In this document: positions 24,940 through 38,100 of the stretch, in pieces
How positions within the stretch are numbered: the stretch's first letter is position 1
Layout: each line of letters begins with the position of its first letter
Origin: Camelus dromedarius
Taxonomy: Eukaryota
Direction of reading: 5' to 3'
Assembly: GCF_036321535.1 (NCBI RefSeq)
Contig: NC_087437.1
Location: forward strand, 26,290,001 to 26,354,000
DNA: 64,000 bases
Notes under the pieces: model-generated
Database searches by the model: none
What the model was told of the DNA's origin: nothing
What the model saw: the letters and a program-made list of their open reading frames with translations, nothing else
Program-made: the position numbers and the translations under genes

Positions 24940-25330
24940 AGTTAGTAGAACTAATTTTATTTGGGTATCCATACCTCAGGGATAATGACCTTATGCCTAG
25001 CTCAGGGGCAAGCCATTTATGATAATATTATACTCCTTGGCTATTATAAAAATGAGCATATGACCAAGTTTTGGTCAATGACGTCTGCTAGGGACTTCTA
25101 GGAAAGATGTCTTCATTCCTACCAGATGTACATGAGGAGATGCCTTCCACTTTATCTGCACATTGGAAGACTGGCTGTGATGCCTCGATCTCTGGCAGCC
25201 ATCTTATAACCAGAAGTGCAGCTGGCCTGAAGATGGACGAAGAGAAAGATGGGAACAACTGGGGTTCTTGATCATGTTGTTCAGCCACCCAGCCTCTTAA
25301 TTTTTGAGCTTGTATCATCAAAAGAATAAA
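24940..25330 (+). mobile_element. MLT1-type MaLR LTR fragment
   Basis: gagcatatgaccaagttttggtcaatga...tggcagccatcttataacca...tggggttcttgatcatgttgttcagccacc. Confidence 0.6.
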
Positions 25331-25556
25331 GGCACTGACCAGAGGAATGAGGAAGGCCAGAGGAAAGGAAAGACTCTTTTCTTCTCCTTATGAGACTCCA
25401 AGAAACACATGTTAGACTTTTCTCTATAGTCCAACTATATCTTACCCTCTATTCTGTTCACTCATTGTCTCATCAGCTGTGTCCAATCCACTATTATACT
25501 CCAATCACTCAGTTTCAGTTTTGGAATCTGTAAAATGGGGACAAAAAGTGTAGGCT

Positions 25557-25610
25557 AGAAACTAACAGAACATTGTAAATCAACTATACTTCAACAACAA
25601 AAAGAAAAGA
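25557..25610 (+). mobile_element. Short L1 3' terminus
   Basis: agaaactaacagaacattgtaaatcaactatacttcaa followed by an A-rich tail. Confidence 0.75.
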
Positions 25611-26414
25611 AGGCTAAGCACATACTACTGGCCTTTTTCCTGCCTCAAATCCTAAGAAAAGATAAAAAAAATTAAATTAAATTAAATTGAAGCAACAACC
25701 TAGAGGCTTAAGGACATAATGTATAGAAAGTTCTTGGTACCTCTGCAAGTATTACATAAAACTGTTAGCAATGATTAACTCCAAGAAGGACAATCACAAA
25801 GCTGGGGGCCAAGGAGAGAGGGAGTCTAACTTTGGTATCCTTCAGAACCCTTGGACATGTATAGACTATTCACAAAAACAAGTAAATCACAAAGAAAAAT
25901 TGTGCCTTGCACACATTAGGTATTCGCAAAAGTTGAGTTTCCTTCATAGGTGACAAGCCTACTACACCTGGGTGAGCACCCACACCAGGACTGGAACACA
26001 GGACTCCAAATCTTGGTAGTTTTTCTACTAGGCAGGGATAGTTTTAGACAAGAAGGCAGCCCAGGTAAGTAGCACCCTCAGCTGACTCCTTCTGCGTCCC
26101 GTGTTTGTGTCATCTGTGTATCTGTATTGGAAGGTGATTTGCTGGGCTGTGATCACTGTCACAAAATTGTATATACTTGCATTACAGAACAGACAAGTTT
26201 GCCTTTTATTTTGTTATATATCATCAAGAATAGACTACGTTTTCTCTTGGCACATCTGAAATGTGCCTGACATTCAAAATGAACACTGCACAAACAATAC
26301 AAAAAGTCTTATGAACATTGTCTATTGTCTGCTGGGCCTAGCAGGCTGGCTCATGCTGAACTTCTGAGAAAAATTCTAAAAATCCTGTTTTTAAGTACAC
26401 TTTAATTTTTAATA

Positions 26415-26570
26415 ACTTTGTGACCTCAGGTAAGTTACTCAACCTCTCAAGACTTAAGATTTTTCATGCAAAATGGCTGTAATAAAACCACCGCAGGATT
26501 GTTCGAGAGGATTAAATGAGACTATGTATGTAAAGCATCCAGCAAATAGTAGGCACTAAGGAAAAGCAAT
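26415..26570 (+). mobile_element. MIR SINE
   Basis: tgtgacctcaggtaagttactcaacctctc...aaaatgg...gaggattaaatgagactatgtatgtaaagca. Confidence 0.8.
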
Positions 26571-27494
26571 TATTATGATTCTTAGATCTTCAAAAGCAGC
26601 TTTCCTCAACTTCGCCCTTGCAAACCAAAAAAAATGCTATCAGACACATTCTGATTGACCAATAAAATAACAAGCAAGTTTAGTCTTCCTTTAACCTATG
26701 GAGGTCAAAAATCAGTTAAGGAACTTCAGTTTTGACTACTGTTTACCAGGCTGGCCATGGCATTTCTGAGCTCTGCTGATTCTGTTTTGCTGTGAGACTG
26801 GCCACATGCCACACAGTCCAGACCCACTCAAGTTACTGTCTGAGCCACCCCCTGTGAAATCAGCTCTGCCAGGAGGATATCAGTGGTGGGAATCCTCATT
26901 CCGGCACATAGCATTTACCACGGACCTAAATCCTAGCTTGTGTGTTACTCATCTTGTTACACCCCTGCCTCCACTCCACCCTAACTCCACATTTCTCCCC
27001 ACACCTCACTCAACAAAAAGAAGGTAGAATATAAAGTCTCACAGCACAATAGATAATGAATGTAAAGGTTTTCTCATTATAGAGATTTTAGTCACTCAGA
27101 GATTTCTCTCTTCGAGTTGCCAGGATCCAAGCTGAAATGAGTGGATTTAGGGACTTATATTTGGAAGCCTCTGGTGTGAAGGAGTGTGTCACAAACTGGG
27201 AGCCTGGACTTCAGCGCCCATCTGGGGCACACATGTTGTTTACATCTGTAACCACATAAAAGGTGATGAGCAACCGAAGCGAGTTTTGCCAACAAACAGA
27301 AACATTTACCACGCAGCAGTTATAATGCCCAAAATATCAAAAACTGTTTGGAAGTTAATGAATACATTTACAAAATTATTCTACATAGATTAGTTGATCT
27401 CATCAGAATTCTTTGACTTGGAATTCTGGCACAGAAAATCTAATTTTTCAGAACAAATCATTATATTAAGAATATCTTTTAAAAAAATACTGAT

Positions 27495-28800
27495 TAAAGA
27501 TGGCTAACTGAACAAATGCATTTAACCCCTCTCCCAAATCTCCATTAAAATAGAATTAAAGAGATTTGTAAAAACTAAAAGGAGGAAATAACGATAGCAA
27601 CAAAACGTCAGAGGCTGAAAAACAGGACAACTAGTATCTGAGTTAGTGAACTGAGAAAGCTAAACCCTAAACCAGCAGAGAGGAAAACCAAGAAGCAACT
27701 CAGTTTCCAGGAGAGGCCACCCCAAAGCCCACTTCTCACATGCAGCTTGGTCAGCTGCTTTTCTCCAGAAGAGAAGACCTGAAGTTTCCTTCTGCAGAGG
27801 ATGAGGGTCTTTCAGTGAGAATTAGGGGCACAAGGCATGATTAAGACTGGGAATACTATACTGAAAGCAAAGAGGTTTGAAAAAAAATGTTTGTATAATG
27901 AAGTGTTGTAATTCCCAGTCCACATTTAACTTCCAGAACAGTGGCAGCCAGGTATAACTAAGCCCCCTACGCAGGAAAGCAGACATTTCCTCTCTGAAAA
28001 ACTTAAGACCAAGAAAAAAGACCTAAGGGCAATGACATTTCCCCTCATACAAGTGGCCCAGGCAGATCCCCTCAGAGTAAAGCCTGAACTGGACAAGCTT
28101 TATCCATGACACAATTTCCCATCAGCTTTAAAATATGAGTGAAGGGTAAGGATTACCAGACATCTGAAGACAGCAAATCTCTACCAGGGAATACAGAGAG
28201 ACAACACACAAGGAGAAAAAAATCAACTAGAGAGGAAACAGACTAGGAAGAAAAACATAAGCTTCCTCCTCACCCCCCAAAAAAGCTATCATTAACATCT
28301 TCAGAGAAGTAAAAAGATAAGAATAGGATGCTATAAAAAAAAAAAAAAGAATCATTAGAGAACAAAAAAGAACTCTTGGAAATTTAAAATATGAGTTAAA
28401 AAACCTTAAGAGAAGGTGTAAGGTGATAAAGTTGAGGAACTCTCAGAAAATAAAGACAAAGAAAAGATAACAGGGAATAAGAGAGAAAGTAATCAAAGGA
28501 TCAGTCTGGAAGGTCCAATACTCTAATAAATAGGAGTTCAAGAAAGAAAGAAAAGAATTAATAATGTGGAGGAACTCATAATAAATCAACAATTCACAAA
28601 GATTTCCAAAACCAAGGAACACAAGCTGCCAGACTGGTAGGGCCCAACAAGTACCTGGTACAATGGATTAAAACAGACCAACATCAAAGCACATCGTTGA
28701 GAAATTTCAGAACCCTGAAGATAGGAGAAAATCCAACCCGCTTTCAGAGGGGTAAAGCAAGTGTCATACAAAGGACCAAGAGTCCAAATATTGGGAGATG
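27495..28800 (+). mobile_element. Old L1 (L1M/HAL1-like) 5' UTR/ORF1 remnant
   Basis: Begins aagatggctaactgaacaaatgcatt; strongly A-rich plus strand; ORF1-like motifs (aataggagttcaagaaag, aaaacagaccaacatcaaagcacatcgttgagaaatttcagaac). No intact ORF. Confidence 0.6.
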
Positions 28801-30892
28801 CAATGAGATGGTAATTATTAATCCACACAAGAGACAATACCACTTTGGTTTCTATAAAATAGTGAAACAGTAGGTAGAACTCTAGGGGAACATCTGCAGG
28901 AGAAATCCTAATTCTAAGACATACATCTCTAGGACAGGAAACTGGAAGCAAGTGCTCAATGTGTTAGAGTTGAATTGAGAAATAGAGCAGGGATTTCTTC
29001 TTAATCCTTGGATAGCAACAAAATTACAATCATAGTAGCTAACGTGGGCCACGCATCTCACTAAGCACTTCTAACACATTAGCATGGTACTTCTCATGAC
29101 AGTCCAAATAGGCCGAAATAGCTGACAGAATTTTACAGATTAATTTATACTAATTAAGTAACTTAGCAAGGTCACATACAGTTGGTTAAGAGGAGAAGCC
29201 AGAATCCAAACTCTAAAACCCATTCTTTTAACCCCTATTCCAGGCAGCCTTCGGATATAGTGTTCACATTTAAATATTTCAATCACAGTTTTTGTAAAGT
29301 TCAATATTTCTACCAACACTGACTTCTTAGAGACAGCAAAATATGTATATGAGAACTCTATTTTATATCTTTATATTTTGAGAGAGAATGAGGACAGAGG
29401 GAGATTAGCTTAAAGTTATTATTACAAAATAAAATACTAGTTCATGAATTTTCAGAAAAGAGTATCTTGGTTATTAGCTGGCAGGATTTCTAGGAAGCCT
29501 TTTAAGAAAAAGCCTCAAAGAGAAGGGTCCCAAAGAGGGTGGCAATATTTCAGTTTTAACTGGCCTATCACTCAATAACTCAGTGGCATCAATGCCCAAA
29601 CTAACAAGAGGGTTTTGCACAAGGCTTTTGTAAGTCAGCCTGGCAGCCATTTTTATGTACACAGGCTCCCCCATACTGAATTTTCCATATTAATGTGTTT
29701 CCATTGTTCTCAGTTGGGCTGCAGTAACTTTAGCCCTTTTCCAGATGTTTCCTGACATCAACCTCCAAGATGTGCTGGCCAGCTGTCTTTAAAATTGCGG
29801 GAACTCTGTGTTGTGTGCATTAGTTATGCAAATGATAAAGCAAGGACAAGAAGCCAATGCAGAGGATAAAAAAGAACCAGGGGAGGGATTGGATCAGGGC
29901 TTTACTGGCGCATGTACAGTAGGTAGAAAGCCAAACCAGCAAGCTGTCTTTGATCAAAACCCCCAGCAGCCTTCCCCAACACTACCCATGCAGAGGGGTC
30001 GGTGTCCTCAGTCCCCAAGTCAGGCCAAGGTTTCTGGAACTTCCCTCACTCTGGTTTGGTGACTTAAGACACACTGAATACTCACAGATCTATCAACCTT
30101 CTAACCAGTTTCTCCTTTGTTTTACTTTGTCAACAGAAAAATATCTGTATAGACTAGTGAACAATTCCCTAAAGTGTGGTCCTCAGTAAGTTAATAGGTT
30201 TTATGGGGGAAAAAAGGGGTTGGGCATTCAAATGAATTTAGAAAAACCTAGGTTAAACAAAGTTAAGCAATTCCCTCTCCCAAAGCACTCTCAGGAGCTC
30301 TGAAATGTTCATGTGCACAGTGAATGTTGGAGGAAACCACTTCTCAGAGGCTACAGCTGAGGACATGCTCAGTAAGAGACATCTCAGTCCCAATCACTCT
30401 CTCAGACTTCAAACTCACCATCAACAAGACAGCTCTGCTTATCCCCAGAATTCACACATCCATCACTGAACCCACAATTGCCTCTTCCACTGCTCAGGCT
30501 CCAGCTTCCCCTTCCTGGGACATGGCAGTACCGTCACCATTCTTCTAACCTAGGATCATGGCAGGCGTCTTCCATGTTTCCTCTGTCCTCATCTCCACCC
30601 TCCCCCATCTACTCCATCTTTGCAGTAGAGGGCTACCTACTGCTTTGTCTTCCTAGAACCTCCACAGTACAGGTCACCAACCTCCAAGATGCATCCTTAG
30701 CTAATGACTAGGCATTTCTATTGGGGTCATGAAAGAACACTGTACCTCGGCTTGTCAATGATTGAGTTCATGCATTCCCCACCCAGTAGGCATCAAACTC
30801 TCTGTCACTCTCAACAGTACAGAATCACGATGTTCTCTACAAGACTGGTGGCTTTTTGCCTTGTTTGTTTTCATTTTGTTTATCTGTTTTGT

Positions 30893-31470
30893 TTTCAATT
30901 GTGGTAAAATATACATAGCATAAAATTTACCATGGTAACCATTTTTAAGTGTACAGTTCAGTAGTAATAAGTACATTCACAGTATTGTACAACCAATCTC
31001 CAGAACTCTTCATGTTGCAAAGCTGAAATTCTGTCCTCATTAAACAACTCCCCATATCACTCTTCCCCCAGCCCCTTCTATTTTCTACAATCACCATTCT
31101 ACTTTCTGTCCCTACAAATTTGACTACTCTAAGTGACTCATATAAGTGGGATCACACAGCGTCTTTTTGTAACTAGCTTATTTCACTTTAAGCATAATGA
31201 CTTCAGGGTTCATCTATATTATAGCATGTGTCAGATTTCCTTCCATGAGACTGAATAATACTCCATTGTAGGAATATACCACATTTTGTTTGTCTATTCT
31301 TCTGTCTAGGAAACCTTGGGTTGCTTTTATCTTTTGGCTTCTACCATTGTGAATAATGCTACTATGAACATGGGTGTATAAGTATCCTTTTGAGACCCTG
31401 CTTTCAATTCTTGTAGATATATACTCAGAAGTGGAATTGCTGGATTATATAGTAAATCTATTTTTAACAG
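30893..31470 (-). mobile_element. L1MB-type 3' end
   Basis: ttgtggtaaaatatacatagcataaaatttaccat...tttaagtgtacagttcagtag...gaataatgctactatgaacatgggtgt...agaagtggaattgctggatt. Confidence 0.85.
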
Positions 31471-31479
31471 ATTTTTAAC

Positions 31480-31760
31480 CTAGGGTAGGTTACTTAACAC
31501 CTCTCCTTTGATCTTCTCATCTGTAAAATGGGTTTAATTATAGTATTTATCTTGTAATTATGGTCATTGTGAAGATTAGATGAATTAACCCCTTGCAAAA
31601 CTCTTATAAAACATTATCATTATTTCCTTTTAAGAAAGAAAGAAACTGAGGCATAAAGAGGTTAAGTAACTTACCAAAGTTCACATATCTAATAAAGAGC
31701 AGAGCCAACATATAAACCTAGGTTCATAGCCAAAGTCTGTTCTCTTAATCACTGTGTCAA
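31480..31760. mobile_element. Two adjacent MIR fragments in opposite orientation
   Basis: Plus core ttctcatctgtaaaatggg near 31515; minus core gaaactgaggcataaagaggttaagtaacttaccaaagttcaca near 31645. Confidence 0.7.
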
Positions 31761-32009
31761 AGCGATTTCACTCTCCAGCTTTTACTGATGAACCCCACCC
31801 AAGCTGATTATGTATTGATGCAATTAAATGGGTGCAGTTTGGGAGGAAGATGGGGAAGGGGAAAGGGAGGAGGCTTTACATACTTGAAAAATGTCACTTA
31901 TACGTGAATCTAAAAAAAAGACAGACGAACTTATTTGCAGATCAGAGAGACTCACAGACATAGAAAATAAACTTGTGCTTCACTATAAAGTCACTTGTGG
32001 TTTTCATCA

Positions 32010-33610
32010 CACCTACCCTTTCAGCAGCATCAGCTGACCAGCCTCTTTTTCTTGAAACAGTTTCTTCTCTTGGCTTCTGTGGCACATTTTCTACCTACCA
32101 CTGGGTTGGGCTCTTCTCCTCAATCTTCTTTGACAGCTTCCCTTCCCATCTATTTGAGCTCTTAAAGATGGAGGCCCCCAGCCCACAGGGAGGTCCTCCA
32201 GTACTTTGCTCCCAGCCCTGCAGCACTGCTTGCTGTTTACATGCCAGGTTCTCATCTTTGGGAGTTTGCACTGGCTCTGCCTGGAATATTCTTCCTCCAG
32301 GTATCCACAAAGCTAACTCCCTCACTTCTTGGAATTCTTGAAGTTCACCATCTCAGTGAGGTCTTCCTGACCTCCCTATTTAAAACCATAAGCCAGGTAG
32401 GTCAACCCCTCACAATCTTAATTCTTCTCATCCTTCTTTCTTTCTTTTTTTTTTTATAAACTTGTCACCTTCTAAGATACTACATAATTTACTGTTCCAA
32501 CATCAGTATATAATATATCCACTAGTACATAATAGACACTCAATATCTATTTTTTAAATAAATGATTCAATCTCCATGCCAACAACCGTCAATTATGTAT
32601 CTCTAGCTCAACTCTCTCTCCTGAGCTTTAGAACCACATACTTAACTGATTGCTTGACATCTGCATTTGGGTATTTGAAAGGAATCTTAAAATTAACATG
32701 AACTCTTGGTCACACCCTTAACCCAAACTCAGTCTTCAACACGTCAGCAATGGCACTGCCACGCTCCAAGTTGCTCAGGCTAAAAACCTGGGAGTCATAG
32801 TTGATTCCTCCCTTTTCCTGCTGCTCTGTATCTAATCCACCCACAAGTCACACTAATTCTTCTTTTACATTCACGTCTATATTCCCAAATGTCTGTTGCT
32901 CACCCTCTCAACCATTATGCTCCAGCCACTATCATCTCTTGCTCCAGGACTGACATGACTCCCTAACTGGTATCCCTACTGCTAATCATTACCACTACAG
33001 GTCCAGGGCAAATCTTTCAAGCATTAAGCAGATCACTTAAGCAGACCCCTTGTTCAAAAGGCTCCAGTATAAAATCCAAAACCTAACCGCAGTCTCGGAA
33101 ATTTTTCATGAAATGCTCCTCCCCCCGTGCCTACCTCTCTGACCTTGACTCCTACCACTCTCCCCCTCAACCCTACCTCTTCTGCTTCTTTCAACAAACT
33201 AAGTTCCTTCCCATCGCAAAGCCCAGACACAAAGCTGTTCTCTCAGATTTTCCAATGACTCAGACCTCATCAGCCAGGTCTCAGTTCAAGGTCTCTCTTC
33301 CAAGAGGCCTTCTGTGACCACCTAATCTAAAAAGGCTCTCCAGTTACCCTGTTAACATTTGCTTGCTTTATTTTCCTCATCACATTTAGTGCTCTCTGAA
33401 ATCACTTTATTACTTTTTTTTTCATTTTATTACTTTGATATTCATTTATTTATTGTGACTTACTTACTATCCGCCTTCCCAACCAATATGAGCTTCACAA
33501 GACCCAAGACTGGCCATTTTGCCCGTAACTGTATTCTCAGTGCTCAGCATGATGTCTGATACACAACAGGTGCTTAGTTTATAGTTCTTGATTAACTAAA
33601 TGCTGAATGG
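32010..33610 (+). mobile_element. L2 LINE (fragmented) with 3' end
   Basis: cttgaaacagtttcttctcttggcttct, ccaagttgctcaggctaaaaacctgggagtcat, and 3' end ctcagtgctcagcatgatgtctgatacacaacaggtgct...aaatgctgaatg. Confidence 0.75.
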
Positions 33611-35023
33611 AGTGGAAGTAATAGAAAAAAGAAAGGAAAGAGAAGGGAAGGAAAGGCAAAAAAAGGGAAGGGAAGGGAAGAAAGGCAGAATTTTATTTTA
33701 CAGTTTTAAATTTTAAATGATTGGGAACTTTGACAGGGAAAAGAAAAGGGATGAGCAAAACCAGAAAATGATCCTTTCACCAAATCAGACTTTTTTCCTA
33801 GCTGCGGCTTTTTTCATGTTCAGTATTTGATTTGCCATTTTCACAACATTCTCTTGTTCCTGAATTTTCCTGAATTCACAACAACTGAAGTGTTTTTAGT
33901 TGCTGACAAATGCTTGCAGTGAGAGGAAAACCAAGTGTGGCCTGCACAAGCAGGACTGTGTAACCCACCTTCACATTCTTGAGTCTCACAAGCAAGACAT
34001 TTTTAGAAAGTAGACATTAGTCTGAGGCCAATACCAAAAGCTAACTCCTATGATGGAGTCACAGCCCTAGGTTTCCTGACTGCATTCACTGCTCTAAACC
34101 ACAACTGGAACGGCCAAATGATTTACTGATAGATATTACCCACCTTACAACTAAAGAGGGTGGGAAGTATTTTGGAACCAATTATACTCCAGGACAATAC
34201 AAATGATATCTCATTTAATGTTCAAAATAACTCTAAGAAGTATATATTATTATTATATTATTTGCTGAGGTGGAAACTGAGGCCCAGTCAAGTCACAACA
34301 TTTGCTCAAGGTCATGCTGGAAATAAGTAAGGACGGGAGGTGTCTGACACCCAAGGCTACATTTTCCCCTCCACCCACAAAACAAAACAAAACACTCAGA
34401 CTTGACATACCCTGTAGGTGAGAGTGACTACACTGGTGAGTGGGGTATGTGGGTGGAGAGGAAAGGTAATGCTGGGAAATGAGAATGGGGTCTGAAACTT
34501 ATGACTTGGGATAGGGTTGGTGTTGGGGGGAACTGGAGATCAGAATATATTTTGCCATGTACTCAGTAGTAATTTAAAAGTATATTTCAAGTTTAAATAT
34601 TTAACTTAAAATGAAAACTTTTCACCTGTTAACCATTGGAAATTCAGGATTAATGCCAATTCTAAAAAGTAACAACAACAAAAATTCTCTCCTGTAATGA
34701 TGTGTATCTTGAATTTTAAAATCTTATCAACTTATTTAACTTCCCAGAGGCAGTTGTTCCTCCCATGTAATGGAGATAGCAGTGGGATGTAGCTCACATG
34801 GGAGTTGGGAAATGGATAAGTACAACTCGGTGCCTGTGAATAAAGTGCTCTACAAATATTAATTTCTCTTCCCATTACTTATACTAATGACAAAAAGTCA
34901 AGATAACAAATAACAAAGAGTAGTGGGGCTCACCAAGGGAACTGCAACATAATCAAGTTTCATTTTGTTTTATTTTGGTAGGAGTGAGCTGGGGAGCCTC
35001 ACCAACTTTTATAAAACCATCTT

Positions 35024-35143
35024 TTTTTTTTCTCTTGTAGGGGGTAATTAGGTTAATTTTTTTTAATGGAGGTACTGGGGATTGAACTCAGGACCTCTTG
35101 CAATGCTAAGCACACATTCTACCACTGAGTTATACCCTCCTCC
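35024..35143 (-). mobile_element. tRNA-derived SINE (camelid Vic-1-like)
   Basis: Same head as 21327 (ggagggtataactcagtggtagaatgtgtgcttagcattgcaagaggtcctgagttcaatccccagtacctcc). TSD tataaaaccatctt (35010-35023) / tataaaatcatctt (35144-35157). Confidence 0.9.
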
Positions 35144-38100
35144 TATAAAATCATCTTGATAGGAATACTAGTCCAAAGTTTGCTTACAAAGAAAATGCTG
35201 ACAAAACCTTGAGTACAAAATTTCTTCACTACTGAAGGCTATTTGTGTTGAATTCAGAATCGTTCTGATGCTCTCAAGTCTTTCACCCCTTCAGCTCAAT
35301 CTAATTATAGCTGTCGAAGGAACAAAAAGACAAATAAAAACAATCCTAAGAAATTTGAAAACTACTGTAAGTTGACTGTGATTGAGGGATGGCCCAAAGG
35401 AAAATAAAAATATTCTTACTTGGTATTAGAGAAAAAATATATGTTTGCACATATTTGTATATCTGCATTTCCATTTACTCACTGATGACTGAGATCAGGC
35501 TTTTCATAGTAAACAAACAAAAAAGTCCTATTTTTAGAAAATTTAATTTCTAGACTTCTTAATACCCATAATATCCTATAAATGTACAGATGGCTATTTA
35601 AATGGTTCTAAATGTGCAGTATTGGACAAGTTCTCAAGAGTTAACAGGTTTAAAAAAATGAAAATTTTTCATAAAGGAGGCTCAATAGAGAAATCATAAA
35701 AAAATAAAGATATAAAAACTACATTAACAAAGACCAAAAATTAACTTTACTCTTTAAAAAAAAAAGTGTCCCTAGCAATTATTGTTGGCCATTTATTGAT
35801 GGCCATTTATTGATTACTTATTAGGCAAATAACCTGGCCTTGTTAACTACCTCCTAGAAGTAAGTCTACTTTGCAATTATAGGGTGTTTCTTCCCCTCTG
35901 AAAGCAGATTCACTCCTATTATCTCATTTTACAAGCTTTGAAGGGTGGAGTGATAAACAGAATTTTGGACTGTCTTTTAGCCTAAAACAATTAAACTTAA
36001 CAAGAACAACAACAACAACAAAAGATTATGAACTGATTGTTTACAAAGACTATGAGAACAATTCTTTTGATTGTGCTGATTGGTAAAGGGTGGCAGCCTC
36101 CTTAGTAATCATTACTTTCTGTCTCTGATGGGTGTGTTGAACTGTCAGGAAAGATGTTAATTATTAGAAAGAGCAAAGTGAGTTGTTCCTTTAAGCTTCT
36201 TCAAGGTGGGGGAGCAAATATGGAGGAGAAAACTGCTGTGGTAGGGAAAAGGATTTGTGTCCCAGATAAAAGTGAGACTTAAGATGTCTGCCCTCTGGTG
36301 TCCAAGAGGTGAAGGACAAGGGTGACAATTACAACGTACCCAATTCGTAAATGTGAAACACACTGAAAGACTTTAATTCCCTGATTAGATGTGGTGAGGG
36401 GGCAGTGAAGGAGAACACTCAAGTTTGAGGTAAAGACATAAAAATTCATGTATTTGGAAGGTCTCACTTAAGGTTTAGGGAAAAAATTAACTTTGTGAGT
36501 ACTGAGACATTTTCTAAGCATTTATGTTTCTCTTCAAGATTTTATATTACTACTAGTAAAACAACATTATTATTTGGAAAGAACAGAAATTGTATCATCA
36601 AGGCTGTATTTATACTGAAAAATAAGTGAAAAGGAGAATTACACAAAACAGTAACAACAAAAAACAAAAAATGGAAAAAGAAAGCATCATTTCAAACCAG
36701 ATCCTAATGGTTTGAAAATCTAGTGAAACCCACGGACCATTATCCCAGAAAAACACATTTTGCATGCAATTTCAGGAGGTTCATGGACACCCTGAAGTTC
36801 TCTAAAGATCCAAGGTTAAGAATCCCAATTTTTGTTTAAAAGGTAGATTCTCCCTTCCATACCTGGCCTTTCTTGCCATGGTTCTCTTTCACAGTTACAT
36901 AGAACTATAAGGCTGGGAAAGCATCCAGTCCCATTCCTTTTATATTGTGCTACTAAGGCAACTAGACATAAAGAACTAACGTGCTGGCCCCAAATCCTCG
37001 AGTAGAGGCTCTATATTTTTCACACTAACCTCATGCTACCTGTATTTTCCTGCCCCTTTTAAGTGAATTACGACCAACTCCAATGAGTCCTAAAACCCAC
37101 TCCAAAAATACCTTCTTCAGCACACCTTATTCTTTCTCCTATCTTCTCTTTATTCACACATTGGACTTTCAAAAAATGCATGGAGGAAAAATACCAAGAC
37201 TCAAAAACCTGATAGGAATTGAAAAATTAACTCAAAATAACTTTCTAACAAGTATATTTTAACTACAAGGGTGTCTACGCTTCTTTGTCAGGGTTCAGTT
37301 TGTTTGGCTCTGCTTTCTGCTTATTTGTGGGGTATCTTTGGGATGGACCAGTCATCTGACGCCTACTCACCTTGTGCAGAAGGTTGGGTTGAGTCCTTTG
37401 GGGGTATTCCCTGTAACATTCTCCCCACTTCTTCTAGTGCTGGACCTCAACTGTGGTCATACATCAGAATCAACTGCAGAGTTTTTAAAATTATGAAAAG
37501 AGGTGGCCTCTAACGAGCCTACTCCGGGTTTACTGACCTCAGAGTCAGGCTTCTGGGTGTGCAACTGGGGATGAGAACCCTGCTGGAATGCTATGTGCAA
37601 GGAATTAACATCATTACTAGTAGTGTAAGCCTGGGAGAACACCAAAGCTGTTCCACAGCTTGTAGTTCAGTAATAGATACATTTTGTCTTTTTTTTTTTT
37701 AAGGTAGGAACATTTCAGAAGAAAAATTTAGAGGGAACTCAGCAAATGTAAACCACCCTGGGATAATATTTAAAGCACACTGTTTTTCTACTATTTAATT
37801 CCTAATGGAGGATAAACTTGGTTCAGCTGGGATATCGTTTGAGGTAATATGTTTTTAATATATATATTTATCTTATTTTGGTTAATTTATATTATAAAGG
37901 TAATATATATACTTTGTAAACCTTTTTTTGAAAAACTATATAGACGAATACAAAGTAAAATCCTAGAGAAAACCCTGTCAGCAGTTTCTCATGTACCCTT
38001 CCAGAAATTTGCTATGCTCATCAAGAATTTATAAGACATATGTCAATATTTATTTATCTCTCATAGGCTCAGGACTCACAGGTCTTGGAGATTAGCATAA

